A stretch of DNA of 63,010 bases from a virus (IMGVR_UViG_3300028887_000002:276278-339287); one strand, 5' to 3'; positions 18,465 to 27,959 are shown, counted from the stretch's first letter. The notes: generated by a model from the letters alone, not told the origin. Numbers and translations: made by a program.

Positions 18465-18852
18465 AAAAAACAGGCCTGTGGAACCTGTGTTTATGGTCTT
18501 ATCGCCATATCGGAGACCTTGCGCAAGAAGCCAGTCAACTCTCTACGTCGGGAATGCGTTTTCTACTAAAAGTACGCGGCACTGGCTGTCCCCAACTTAA
18601 GCGTCTTCCTTTTGTTATAATATTTCACATAGCGATTTTTCATCTTTACAGGGCTTAGCACCTTATGTGACCATATCATTCACCCACTGCGTTATCCTTG
18701 CACATTATTGTTTAGTGTCCCAGTCTTTTGAGGTGAAACAAACTCGCAACTGGGTAGGAAAGGGTTTCCGCTGATTTCGGAAGATTAAACACGAGGTTGT
18801 TCAGCCCCGTGCACCACAGAAAAATATCAAAGAACATGTGTGTCATTCATTG
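18465..18852 (-). ncRNA. Stand-alone group-I-intron-like structured RNA, copy 1
   Basis: -7 box at 18859-18866; GTTCTTTGA leader; P3-like TCTTCC/GGAAGA; P4-like AAATCAGCGGAA/ACGCAG; loop TAAACAATAAT shared with copy 2; ACAGG/CCTGT-T6 terminator. Confidence 0.65.
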
Positions 18853-18909
18853 ACAATGCAAAGATATGTATTATTTTTGAAACTACAAAGAAAAAAATTA
18901 TTTTTTTTT

Positions 18910-19332
18910 TCAAACGTGAATTCCATGTATGCCATCCGTCACCCCTTCCAGATAGTATAGTGTCTCGGTTGTGAGGAGAAAGTGGTATAGGTGTGCTTGC
19001 AACCATCTGATACAGTTGCCGTCCGTAATATCAAAATCTGTCAAATCATATATCTTCCATATCTTGTCAAGATTGGAGAACAAATCCTTCGAGCGTAGGT
19101 ATGCGTCATCTTCCGTGAAACCATCCTTTAAAGTGAGTAGAGGGAGAATATCTTCATTGAACAACCTATCGTGTGCGTCTTTCCGTCTAATCTCCAATTG
19201 ATATGGCGTATGATTGTCAGCAGCATCAACCTTATATGTCACTATCGCTTGCAATATTTCAAGGTACTCCAAAATATCATCAGCCAATTTATGGTTGATT
19301 GTTAAATCACTCTTTCTAATTAATCCGTGCAT
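18910..19332 (-). CDS. Hypothetical protein
   Basis: 140-aa ORF. Confidence 0.75.
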   Translation of the reverse strand: MHGLIRKSDLTINHKLADDILEYLEILQAIVTYKVDAADNHTPYQLEIRRKDAHDRLFNEDILPLLTLKDGFTEDDAYLRSKDLFSNLDKIWKIYDLTDFDITDGNCIRWLQAHLYHFLLTTETLYYLEGVTDGIHGIHV

Positions 19333-19343
19333 AACAAATAGTC

Positions 19344-19550
19344 CTATCTTTCAAATGTCAACTTGAGAGCATATATCACTATTATCACAACTAACGAGAC
19401 AGGCCATAGCAACTTTGAAACCACTGATAACCAGTACCGTGGCTTAATATACTTGTTGAAAACTTCCAGTTCTTCAAATAGGCAAGACACTATAAATAGT
19501 GTGAGAAAATACCCAATAAAGCACACTAATATGTTTAAAAAAATATCCAC
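19344..19550 (-). CDS. Small membrane protein
   Basis: Two hydrophobic segments. Confidence 0.65.
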   Translation of the reverse strand: MDIFLNILVCFIGYFLTLFIVSCLFEELEVFNKYIKPRYWLSVVSKLLWPVSLVVIIVIYALKLTFER

Positions 19551-19562
19551 AACTTTTTAATT

Positions 19563-20168
19563 TTAATTATACTTTCCTAAAAATCCATTCGCCAGCATAA
19601 GCATAGCATTATCAAAAATGAGTTCGTGTTCAACTGGAACTATATTAACTTTATCATCATCAACTAGTGTTTCCTGCGAGTACCATATGGTTTTTCCACC
19701 TTTGTTAACAATTTCCTCTACCTTGCGGACATCTTCGTCATTCCGTCGGTCAAACTCCATTGAAATGTTTTCATTTGGTTGCCAATAAAGGATATTTGGT
19801 TCTATATGCAGTTTGCACAATATCTGTAGATAGAAATCATCCCAAAACGTTGACACTGGCATTGGGACTGGTGCTATATAGTCTTGTTTTATATAACCAG
19901 TACTCCAATGCAGATTAGTCGTTTTATTATCATATTCGCCCCAGAGGTTATGCCACTTGTTGCTGATGAAACGCACACCGTATTCACAGTTGAGTATTGG
20001 TGTGAACCCATATTTCTTTATCTCCCTACAGAAATCATCACGGAGTTTCTTTTCAAACTTCCTGTTCTCGCTCTGCTGGTTAATTAGCCTAAGTTCCTCC
20101 TTAACCTTCAGTTGTTCGGACGAAAGGTTCGGTTTGCTGCCATATATGAAAGGGACTGGGATGAACAT
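19563..20168 (-). CDS. Hypothetical protein
   Basis: 201-aa ORF. Confidence 0.75.
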   Translation of the reverse strand: MFIPVPFIYGSKPNLSSEQLKVKEELRLINQQSENRKFEKKLRDDFCREIKKYGFTPILNCEYGVRFISNKWHNLWGEYDNKTTNLHWSTGYIKQDYIAPVPMPVSTFWDDFYLQILCKLHIEPNILYWQPNENISMEFDRRNDEDVRKVEEIVNKGGKTIWYSQETLVDDDKVNIVPVEHELIFDNAMLMLANGFLGKYN

Positions 20169-20285
20169 AATGTTATTATTTTATTTCATAATTTCAATTT
20201 CTTCCAATTTTTTCAAGTATCTGAAAATCTTATAGCATAGTTCGTCTTGGTTTTCAAAAGGAAAGGATTCCAAGTATGTGATTAG

Positions 20286-20594
20286 CTAATCCATCAATGT
20301 TTCATTTCGTTGGCTATAATAACCTTTCTCATTCAGCCAATCAATGATTTCGTCATATTGACGGACTTTTTCATAGTCAGGGGCTATTACTTCCCAGTTT
20401 GTTGAAAAATATTCTCTAACTGTCAGTTGGAGTTTGTCAATATTCTCTGGCAATAGTTCTTCATGACTTATAATTCTGTCGCCTATTTTCAAGCCATATA
20501 ACTCATTTTTCTCATTTGTCACAAAATTGATTGCATTACTAAATGCCAAACTATCATATTCGTTCACCTTAACGGTTTTGTAAAATTTAGTCAT
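20286..20594 (-). CDS. Hypothetical protein
   Basis: Start MTKFYK preferred over the track start at 20636. Confidence 0.7.
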   Translation of the reverse strand: MTKFYKTVKVNEYDSLAFSNAINFVTNEKNELYGLKIGDRIISHEELLPENIDKLQLTVREYFSTNWEVIAPDYEKVRQYDEIIDWLNEKGYYSQRNETLMD

Positions 20595-20607
20595 AGTTCT
20601 ATTATTT

Positions 20608-21222
20608 TTAAAAGTTTTCTTCAACACGTTCAACAATCACTTCTATTTTGTCAGGGGACGAATCATCATTATAATAGACACTGCTGAATAAGCAATGGGC
20701 AATAACTTCACGCTCTTTTTCCCTACAGTGAATAGTTATAAACATATCATCGTGTGATGTCAGGTTGAGGATTTTTTCTGCAATAATAGAAAATGTTGTT
20801 TCATCACATTTAAACATGCCATCCATAGAAAATTCTTTCACACCAAAATCATTTATTCTTCTTTCGGTGTTATATCTAAATTCTGTAGCGGAATATTCAC
20901 CGAAGTTAGTTATAACTTCAATTTCGTATTTATCCGCAGTGAATACTCGTTTAATAATTTCTTTAGTTTCCATATCCTTTTCAATCTTTTTAAAAATTAC
21001 ATATTTACCATCTTTTCTTGCTTGCGCCTTACATGCTCCCGCAAGTTGTCTCGAAAACGCATTGTGTTTGCATTGGTTAAGTTTGTCTAGTGTGTCTCTG
21101 TGCATAAAACAACCTTCACACTTATCAGTCGCCTCAACTACCTCGAAGGTTCCTACCGATGTGGCGAATTTTGTACCGATTTTACGACACTTTCTTTTTT
21201 TATTGGCAATCCAGTTCATCAT
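20608..21222 (-). CDS. Hypothetical two-part protein
   Basis: 204-aa ORF. Confidence 0.7.
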   Translation of the reverse strand: MMNWIANKKRKCRKIGTKFATSVGTFEVVEATDKCEGCFMHRDTLDKLNQCKHNAFSRQLAGACKAQARKDGKYVIFKKIEKDMETKEIIKRVFTADKYEIEVITNFGEYSATEFRYNTERRINDFGVKEFSMDGMFKCDETTFSIIAEKILNLTSHDDMFITIHCREKEREVIAHCLFSSVYYNDDSSPDKIEVIVERVEENF

Positions 21223-21236
21223 ATATTCTCCTATTC

Positions 21237-21498
21237 CATATAGTTATCATAAACATATATTTCCATCTTAATGAACTACCCCCACCTAAAAGGAAGGGGA
21301 CTTCTTGCCCGTACTATTAAAATCAACAATAAGAGACGGTTGTTCCATCAAGAAAGAACAATGAATACTATCTATTGTTTCTTCTTCGGGGCGGGGATAC
21401 TCGTAATAGTCCTGCAAAGCCTTCAAGTCTTCCAACGAATTGATTTCAATTTCCCTCTTGAATTTATCGTTACTTGCTTTTAATAGTTTGAATTTCAT
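21237..21498 (-). pseudogene. Small gene interrupted by the 46-bp element
   Basis: Removing 21271-21316 restores ...LIVDFNKMEIYVYDNYME*. Confidence 0.6.
21271..21316 (-). mobile_element. 46-bp IS-derived single-hairpin element, copy 2
   Basis: Reverse complement of copy 1 with one extra base, again after TTTAA; truncates ORF 21286-21498. Confidence 0.75.
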
Positions 21499-21613
21499 AG
21501 TTTTTTATTTTTTATTTCTTCAATTTTCTTCTCAATCCAGTCACAGAACTTGTCTTGTAGATAGTTGAAGCCTTCAGAAAATACCCAAAACGCCAGGACA
21601 ATCCCGATTAATC

Positions 21614-21745
21614 CTATAAGTGTTGATGCATCGTATCTAATTTTTCTGGGTTATCTTCACAGTAATCCTCATGATAAATATAGATTCCATACAGCAACCT
21701 GCAACACAGTTCTTGTAGCAATATCTTCTTCTGTTCGTCTGTCAT
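21614..21745 (-). pseudogene. 43-aa remnant of the EEKQLLLKxLCARLPYG family (see 55853, 56465)
   Basis: MTDEQKKILLQELCCRLLYG then early stop. Confidence 0.45.
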
Positions 21746-21776
21746 TGTTTTGAAAATATTATATTATTCTTTGTTT

Positions 21777-22400
21777 TCACCACGAAAATTCGGCACAGCA
21801 TTCCCCGTCAGTGAAGTTGTCAATGATATTCCGCTGGAATTCTTCCTTGGCATCCTCGCCGTCACAGTATTCCTCCTTATACCTCTCAAGTTCTTCCTTA
21901 GTCCATACAAAATACCCAATCTTGCCAGCATTATAATCCTCGTAGAACTTTTTGTTCAAACCTTTCCGTTGGTAGCCAACCTCATCCTCCCATATAACAT
22001 CAACATCATATGTTGGTACACTGTGCAGGTCTATCACAACCATATGCGCGTTTCTGTAGGCTTCGTAGGCATCAGTGTCATATATGTTTTTTCCTTCTTC
22101 ATCTTGACCAATTACATAGTCCAGCATATCAGCCTTCTTGTATTCCTTCGGCCATACATTCATACTATACTCCTCCTCGCCGTAGGTAGTACCACGCCAT
22201 TCGTAGTCATTGATGTCAATGCCAGTCTCTTCCTTGTATTTCTTCCAGTCAAAATAATGAAGGGTCATCTTGCTCTTCAACTTCTTAGCCCATTCTGGTA
22301 CTTCAACAACTTCTTCTCCCTTTTCGTTGGTCAACTGGATGAAGTCGTAATCATTAACATTAGCCTTGTAAAGCCTTTCAACATAAATGCTGAGTCCCAT
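21777..22400 (-). CDS. Acidic hypothetical protein
   Basis: Start MGLSIYV, downstream of -7 box 22428-22435. Confidence 0.8.
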   Translation of the reverse strand: MGLSIYVERLYKANVNDYDFIQLTNEKGEEVVEVPEWAKKLKSKMTLHYFDWKKYKEETGIDINDYEWRGTTYGEEEYSMNVWPKEYKKADMLDYVIGQDEEGKNIYDTDAYEAYRNAHMVVIDLHSVPTYDVDVIWEDEVGYQRKGLNKKFYEDYNAGKIGYFVWTKEELERYKEEYCDGEDAKEEFQRNIIDNFTDGECCAEFSW

Positions 22401-22541
22401 TGTTTTATATATTAAAAATTTCAACGGCAAAGATATGCAATCTTTTTGACACCGCCAAACTTTTTTGAAAAAAAAAAAATACAATATTCCAGTCATACCA
22501 ACTATTTATAAAATAAAATAAGAATAAAAATATCTGTTACA

Positions 22542-23027
22542 ATGAAGAAAACTATAGTACTTAACGAATCAGACCTTCACAGGATTATAAGCGAATCTGT
22601 CAAGAGAATATTGAACGAAGGATTTTTTAACAGGGGAAATTCAAACCAGCAAAACGGACAGCAACAAAGACAACAGCCTAATTTACCAAAGGGCGTTTAT
22701 GATTCAATTGATGGCGCAACATTTGGCTACGCTTCAAGTGAAACTGTTCCAATCTATACACTTAGCACAAACATCGGTAACTTATATGTTGGCGGTAATG
22801 CAACAAGAAACATTAAAACCATAATGCAAGAACTACAACAGAATGGCATTAATGTATTTAACTGCGATAATACTCGCGTTAAGAACCCACACTATAACGG
22901 TTATAACGATAATTATGACAACAGTGCGGCATATCAGAATAACGGTTCGTACAGACAGACTAATCGCACGACACAAGGCGGACATATAAGACCATATAGT
23001 GACGAACTGGCTGCTTGGGACTTTTAA
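22542..23027 (+). CDS. Jumbo-phage protein with N-terminal LNESDLHRIISESVKRILNE motif, probably head-packaged
   Basis: Isolated + strand gene with CTATTTAT upstream; Q/N-rich. Confidence 0.8.
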   Translation: MKKTIVLNESDLHRIISESVKRILNEGFFNRGNSNQQNGQQQRQQPNLPKGVYDSIDGATFGYASSETVPIYTLSTNIGNLYVGGNATRNIKTIMQELQQNGINVFNCDNTRVKNPHYNGYNDNYDNSAAYQNNGSYRQTNRTTQGGHIRPYSDELAAWDF

Positions 23028-23073
23028 TAAAACGGGCAAGAGGTCCCCTTCCTTCAGGTGGGGGGTAGTTCAT
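23028..23073 (+). mobile_element. 46-bp IS-derived single-hairpin element, copy 3
   Basis: TAAAACGGGCAAGAGGTCCCCTTCCTTCAGGTGGGGGGTAGTTCAT immediately after TTTTAA (stop codon). Confidence 0.75.
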
Positions 23074-23105
23074 TCAGACATTTATACACATTATACAAAA
23101 ATACC

Positions 23106-23138
23106 AAAAGCGTCCTCAACAACGAAGACGCTTTTTTT
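23106..23138. terminator. Bidirectional terminator
   Basis: AAAAGCGTC...GACGC-T7 between convergent genes. Confidence 0.75.
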
Positions 23139-23159
23139 ATTATATACTCTACTACTGTT

Positions 23160-23360
23160 TTAGCCTTTCTCCACTACGGCGAACCTGTATAGGCCATCTT
23201 CAAAGGCTATATATGACTTGCCTTCGTAGGTGAATTCATACGCAGTTATATTAGTTCCTTCAACCTTTTTGCCACTTTTGCAAGGTTCACTCTCTATCGA
23301 ATTGCAACTTCCTAACAGTGCGCCCATTGCGACTAATGCTATTATTATAAATCTTTTCAT
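23160..23360 (-). CDS. Small lipoprotein
   Basis: K/R + hydrophobic stretch + LLGSC lipobox. Confidence 0.7.
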   Translation of the reverse strand: MKRFIIIALVAMGALLGSCNSIESEPCKSGKKVEGTNITAYEFTYEGKSYIAFEDGLYRFAVVEKG

Positions 23361-23383
23361 AAAAATTCTGAAATTAATTGTTA

Positions 23384-23773
23384 TTAAATATACCTAACCT
23401 TTCCGTCGGAACCCACCGTGCGGTACTTGTATGAAACTCTTTTCTTATCGCGCTTCGGGAACTTGAAGGGGACAAGTGTCTTAATGAACTTTTCAACGCA
23501 CTTTTCTGCGTAATCCCTACTGCTTTCAAGCATGGGAGAGATCCTTATAAGTTCAGTCTTTACCCATATAGTATGCCTATCCTCATCATACGACAACGGA
23601 GCAAAGTACCTCCAAATCCCCAACTTCCCAAGGATACCACCTTTCACTTGGGGATAATACCAAACGTCATCGTCGATTCTTTCCTCCCTTATCCTGAACT
23701 CCATATTGGAATGAAGCCAATCAAATAACTTGCCTATCATATTATTTCTCGTTTTAATAATATTTTCTTTCAT
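23384..23773 (-). CDS. Hypothetical protein
   Basis: ~120-129-aa ORF. Confidence 0.7.
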   Translation of the reverse strand: MKENIIKTRNNMIGKLFDWLHSNMEFRIREERIDDDVWYYPQVKGGILGKLGIWRYFAPLSYDEDRHTIWVKTELIRISPMLESSRDYAEKCVEKFIKTLVPFKFPKRDKKRVSYKYRTVGSDGKVRYI

Positions 23774-24515
23774 TATAATGCCTCACAACCACAGCGTTAT
23801 CCAACTTATCAATCTCCACACCAGTCTTCCAGGGGCAGATGGAACGAATATCATTCATAGGGACACCAGCCTCACAAAGTATCTCGTATAACGGGAGATT
23901 CGGGCTGTAGTCACAGTAGAGGTCTATCTTCCATTCTTTTCCATCATCAAATTTCCATATGCATCCGTTGTGATAGAACTTCTCAAATCCCTTGCGGGCG
24001 TTCTCAATAACTTCAAGACTTATATCTTTCTGTGCGTCAGATTTAAGCATACTGCCCAGCAACATCATCATATCCGAATATCCGCTCCTGTCACCGTTGT
24101 CCTGGTTCCTATTACCAAATATCATCTCGCACCATTTGTCAGCAGCAAGACTACACGCTTTCTCATATGTCCGCCTATTACCTTTCAATGAATGGAATTC
24201 AAACTTCACTCTTTCCACCCAAAAATGAAATCTGTCCACTGTGTAGTTATAGTACTTGTCAGTATAGTCATAATAGTTGTCTTCCACAAGTCCGTTCTTC
24301 AGCCTTTCTTCCCATTCGCTGTATGCTAAATATGGAAAAACCTTATGCAAGGCTTCATACAGGACATCACTTACCTCCTGATAATAGTTCACCCCACCAT
24401 TGAATATGAACTTCACTGCTTCGCTAATATCACTTTTCTTAACTTCTTCACTTTCTGGAAACTCATTCATGAGAAGTTCCACTACCTTGTTAATTGTTTC
24501 AATATTAATTTCCAT
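23754..24515 (-). CDS. Hypothetical protein
   Basis: 253-aa ORF. Confidence 0.8.
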   Translation of the reverse strand: MEINIETINKVVELLMNEFPESEEVKKSDISEAVKFIFNGGVNYYQEVSDVLYEALHKVFPYLAYSEWEERLKNGLVEDNYYDYTDKYYNYTVDRFHFWVERVKFEFHSLKGNRRTYEKACSLAADKWCEMIFGNRNQDNGDRSGYSDMMMLLGSMLKSDAQKDISLEVIENARKGFEKFYHNGCIWKFDDGKEWKIDLYCDYSPNLPLYEILCEAGVPMNDIRSICPWKTGVEIDKLDNAVVVRHYNERKYY

Positions 24516-24527
24516 AATTCAAATATC

Positions 24528-24920
24528 TTAATTTTTCATCACAAATAAACTATAAATCATATCGAACAGATAGCCAATAATTTTCCATTCGTCTTCATCG
24601 TCGCGGTCTATCTTGTTCTTTTCCGTTTTTATTCGCTCGTCTTTCTCGGCATCACTTTCCTGTTGTTCCCAGTTCAAGCCAACCCAAATATCACTATTTT
24701 CATCACCTGAATATTCTATGCTGACAACTAAGTTTTTAAAGTTAACACCTTTTTTCGTAAGATAATTATATTTTTCAGTTCTTCTCAGTAAAATGTCATT
24801 AATCTGCTCTTCAGACAAATATATAATCGCATTATGTATGTCCCTATCCATACTGTGAAGATAGTCAAAATGTTCAATCCAACGATTAGAATCATCAATA
24901 TGTCTTCCTTTATATTCCAT
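24528..24920 (-). CDS. Paralog family B (MEYKG.HI.D...ESD.EKD.RI..EK)
   Basis: Motifs shared with 29600 and 30052. Confidence 0.75.
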   Translation of the reverse strand: MEYKGRHIDDSNRWIEHFDYLHSMDRDIHNAIIYLSEEQINDILLRRTEKYNYLTKKGVNFKNLVVSIEYSGDENSDIWVGLNWEQQESDAEKDERIKTEKNKIDRDDEDEWKIIGYLFDMIYSLFVMKN

Positions 24921-24991
24921 ATTCTTTGAATTTTAAAATCGATGCAAAGTTAAAACAATATTTTGGTATGGTCAAACTTTTTTTAACAAAA

Positions 24992-25528
24992 TTATTCGTA
25001 GTATGCAAGTGCCTCATAATTATAATGTACGAAAGGTAAATCAGAGAAACTTGCTATCTCTTGAAGATTCATTACCCAAGCGGAGTATGGAACTTGCCTA
25101 CGGAGCAAAGCGTTTATTGAAACAGCAAACTTTATGTTTTCAGATGTAATATCTTCTTTTGTTGCATTGAAATTCAAGTTAATGGCTTCGTTCACATTCG
25201 ATATAAACATTGATGTAAAGAAACCATGCAAGCCATACTTGTCGGCAAAATTCCCAGCGTAGCACCAAATGCCAATGACATTTCTATTTCTTAATAAATC
25301 AACATCCTTGCTGCTGATTACATATCCGTCCATCCGAACATTGTACAATCCGTTCTCATCACCATGCCCGAACAATACAAGGTCATTAGTCGAACTACGG
25401 AGCAAACGCCTAACAGCACTCTTGGATGGATTTATGAGAATATTGTTGCCTTCTTCAAAGCCATGTGTAAGACACTCAAAATCCTTTGTGTCTTCCTGTG
25501 CGTTTATAATTATAAAGTCTATCATCAT
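24992..25528 (-). CDS. Hypothetical protein, possible caspase/CHAT-like His-Cys fold
   Basis: LVLFGHG...VIGIWCYA. Confidence 0.7.
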   Translation of the reverse strand: MMIDFIIINAQEDTKDFECLTHGFEEGNNILINPSKSAVRRLLRSSTNDLVLFGHGDENGLYNVRMDGYVISSKDVDLLRNRNVIGIWCYAGNFADKYGLHGFFTSMFISNVNEAINLNFNATKEDITSENIKFAVSINALLRRQVPYSAWVMNLQEIASFSDLPFVHYNYEALAYYE

Positions 25529-25571
25529 AGTTTATATGTTATATCAACATTTATTTTCAGAGTGTGAAGTT

Positions 25572-26540
25572 TTATTTTTCCGAAAAAATCATCCTCATTT
25601 GTTCAAGACACTTTTCAGTATATTCCTCATTGATTGAAATTATGTTGTAGTCCTTTTTGCTTAAACCCAACACAATCGGCGAATGGCTCACCGCAATTAT
25701 CTGCGTATTGTATTTATTGTGCAGGTACGGCAAGACATCGTTGAAATATACTAATTCCGAAAGCACATCTAACGATTTGTCGGCTTCATCCAAGAGCAGT
25801 GTTACAGGGCATTCCTTCTTGAAGTTGGGAAATTTTGAAAAATATTCAGTTTGTTTCTTATCAGCCAACTTCCATAAATCGTTGGCAACCTGGTTAAGTT
25901 TTATATGTTCCGCCAATGTGCGCTTGTCCGATACAACCCTTACCAGTTTCCTCTGCATATATACACACATCTGCCCAGCAGACAATTTCCCCTTAATCAA
26001 ATGAAATTCCATTTCTTCGCTAACATTGGCTATCATACCGCCCGTCAAGTTACCGAATACCCCGCACGACTTATCTTTCAGATATTCAAAATTGTGATAA
26101 TATATGGGGTTGCCGTCCCATTCGATATCCGCCGAATTCAACATCACCCTTTTGACATAGGCTTCAACATCAAATTTATCCCCCCAATCATGATAGCGCA
26201 AAGGTTCAATATATATCGGAAAGCCATCACCTTCAATACCAGCATACCCAGCCAACGCCCTTATAATCGTTGTCTTTCCCGAACCATTATAACCGAATAT
26301 TATATTAATCCCATCTGTGAACTCAATCTTCTTGCCAATCAAGTTGTATGAACACGGAAGTTTATATTCCCCCTTGTGCTTCTTGTATATCTTCAACTCA
26401 GCCTCATATTTCGACATGTCATCCTCATACCTTGTACGGGAGTAACCGTAAGTATAGTCCCGTTTGTTCGGCTTGGTCGGCTTTTCGTATCTTTCACTAA
26501 GATAACCACTTTCACCAGTAAATGTCAACGATTTAATCAT
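25572..26540 (-). CDS. ABC-type ATPase (soluble)
   Basis: GYNGSGKT, LSAGQ signature, LLLDE, VSHSP H-loop. Confidence 0.85.
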   Translation of the reverse strand: MIKSLTFTGESGYLSERYEKPTKPNKRDYTYGYSRTRYEDDMSKYEAELKIYKKHKGEYKLPCSYNLIGKKIEFTDGINIIFGYNGSGKTTIIRALAGYAGIEGDGFPIYIEPLRYHDWGDKFDVEAYVKRVMLNSADIEWDGNPIYYHNFEYLKDKSCGVFGNLTGGMIANVSEEMEFHLIKGKLSAGQMCVYMQRKLVRVVSDKRTLAEHIKLNQVANDLWKLADKKQTEYFSKFPNFKKECPVTLLLDEADKSLDVLSELVYFNDVLPYLHNKYNTQIIAVSHSPIVLGLSKKDYNIISINEEYTEKCLEQMRMIFSEK

Positions 26541-26552
26541 AAAAAATACCCT

Positions 26553-27302
26553 TTAAAAATTAAACTTGTACATATATTCCTCCATGAGAAAAACTTCGTG
26601 AGCCTTGCAGTCCCCGACAATCAATTCGGCATACTTCTCAACATCATCATAGGTATCAAGCACCACATACCCATTGGCTTCAACCTGTCGCCTTGTCAAC
26701 GGAAATACTTCCCACGATTTCATATTAGGCTGGCAGTTTTTGATTTCACTGATACTTTCAGCAATCTCAACAACGCTCCTCTTGTCATCCCCAGCATTGA
26801 ATGCCATAGGAGAAAACGCCTTGTTGAGAAGATACATCAGCATATAGAAATTGTAGTCGTCATATACCCCAATGGTAAACTCGGTCTGATTATCGTCTTT
26901 CGGATTGTAGGCGCCATACGCCCATTCCTCCTTGAACCCCTCAAGATAATGACTATGAATCTTGTTATTATCCTCACAATTCCCGTCATACACACCATAC
27001 CTCTCCAGTATGTCGGTAGGCAGATAGCCAACGGGCAACGGCCTCGGCGCCTTCACGCTCAATACCCACCCATAGAAATTCTCCCTCGCCACGATAACTA
27101 TGCCGTTATCCATAACAAAGCCATACACTGGAAGTTTGATTGACTTTGATGTATGTTCGGAAACCTTAAACGGTATCACACCCAATAGCCCACGACATAC
27201 AATGTCCCTTATGAAGTTGTTCTGTCGCCACGCGGCATCCTTGTAAATCATGTTGTCACTGATTTCCCATACTCTGTTGAAATCCAATAAGTTCTGATTC
27301 AT
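26553..27302 (-). CDS. Hypothetical protein
   Basis: 249-aa ORF. Confidence 0.8.
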   Translation of the reverse strand: MNQNLLDFNRVWEISDNMIYKDAAWRQNNFIRDIVCRGLLGVIPFKVSEHTSKSIKLPVYGFVMDNGIVIVARENFYGWVLSVKAPRPLPVGYLPTDILERYGVYDGNCEDNNKIHSHYLEGFKEEWAYGAYNPKDDNQTEFTIGVYDDYNFYMLMYLLNKAFSPMAFNAGDDKRSVVEIAESISEIKNCQPNMKSWEVFPLTRRQVEANGYVVLDTYDDVEKYAELIVGDCKAHEVFLMEEYMYKFNF

Positions 27303-27355
27303 AAAACTTTCATATTTAAAATTTCTTACATACGTTAATTAATCACGTCACAAAG

Positions 27356-27586
27356 TTAAATCATGTTTTTGATATAACCAAATCTTTTTAAGATTTTTTT
27401 TTCTTCGGGAACCAATGAATGCACATTACACTTATAACCACAATCTAAACACTCAACAGGATTCATATCTTTGTACTTTTCAGGGTGACGTGAGTCAAAT
27501 ATATATGCTGCTAAACCCTGTGCAACATTTTTGCTGCCGCATTTAGGACAGCACTCGTGTTGTCTATAATAATCTTCTCTTGTCAT
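27356..27586 (-). CDS. Zinc-ribbon protein
   Basis: CPKCGS...CLDCGY. Confidence 0.75.
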   Translation of the reverse strand: MTREDYYRQHECCPKCGSKNVAQGLAAYIFDSRHPEKYKDMNPVECLDCGYKCNVHSLVPEEKKILKRFGYIKNMI

Positions 27587-27629
27587 AATTAACCAATATA
27601 ATCTGTAATTTTTCCATAGCCTTATAATG

Positions 27630-27959
27630 TTACTTCTTCTCCGTTGATATGCACTTCGGTTCTGGGGCTGGATTGAGTTCCCCCCAACGCCTTAATATTA
27701 CTTCCTCTTCCTCCGTTGATATGCACTTCGGCTCTGGGGTTGGATTAATTTCCCTCCAGCACCTCCGTATAGCATCTTCCGCGTCCGCCTTTATCGGATA
27801 GCCGTAATCGTTGCCCAAACACGGTGTATCGTAAATTATGTTGCGCCATACTCCGAGCAAGCCCCACAGCCCGCACTTCGCCATAGGCACATACCACACC
27901 TTGCCGTCATCGTATGTCTTGGTGACTATCTTGAACCTTATTCCTTTCTGTAAATCCAT
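27630..27959 (-). CDS. Hypothetical protein with duplicated C-terminal module
   Basis: RCWREINPTPEPKCISTE / RRWGELNPAPEPKCISTE; ~50-bp DNA repeat at ~27640 and ~27712. Confidence 0.7.
   Translation of the reverse strand: MDLQKGIRFKIVTKTYDDGKVWYVPMAKCGLWGLLGVWRNIIYDTPCLGNDYGYPIKADAEDAIRRCWREINPTPEPKCISTEEEEVILRRWGELNPAPEPKCISTEKK

Noticed and set aside
18795-18815. GGGGCTGA resembling a tmRNA 5' end
   Set aside because: No GGATTCGAC, T-arm/CCA end or tag ORF; it forms a local hairpin in the group-I-like RNA
21750-22415. 221-aa hydrophobic + strand ORF (also 20765, 25905, 26376, 30677, 61149 and similar)
   Set aside because: Antisense to better minus-strand genes that have promoters and typical composition; the hydrophobicity is an antisense artefact
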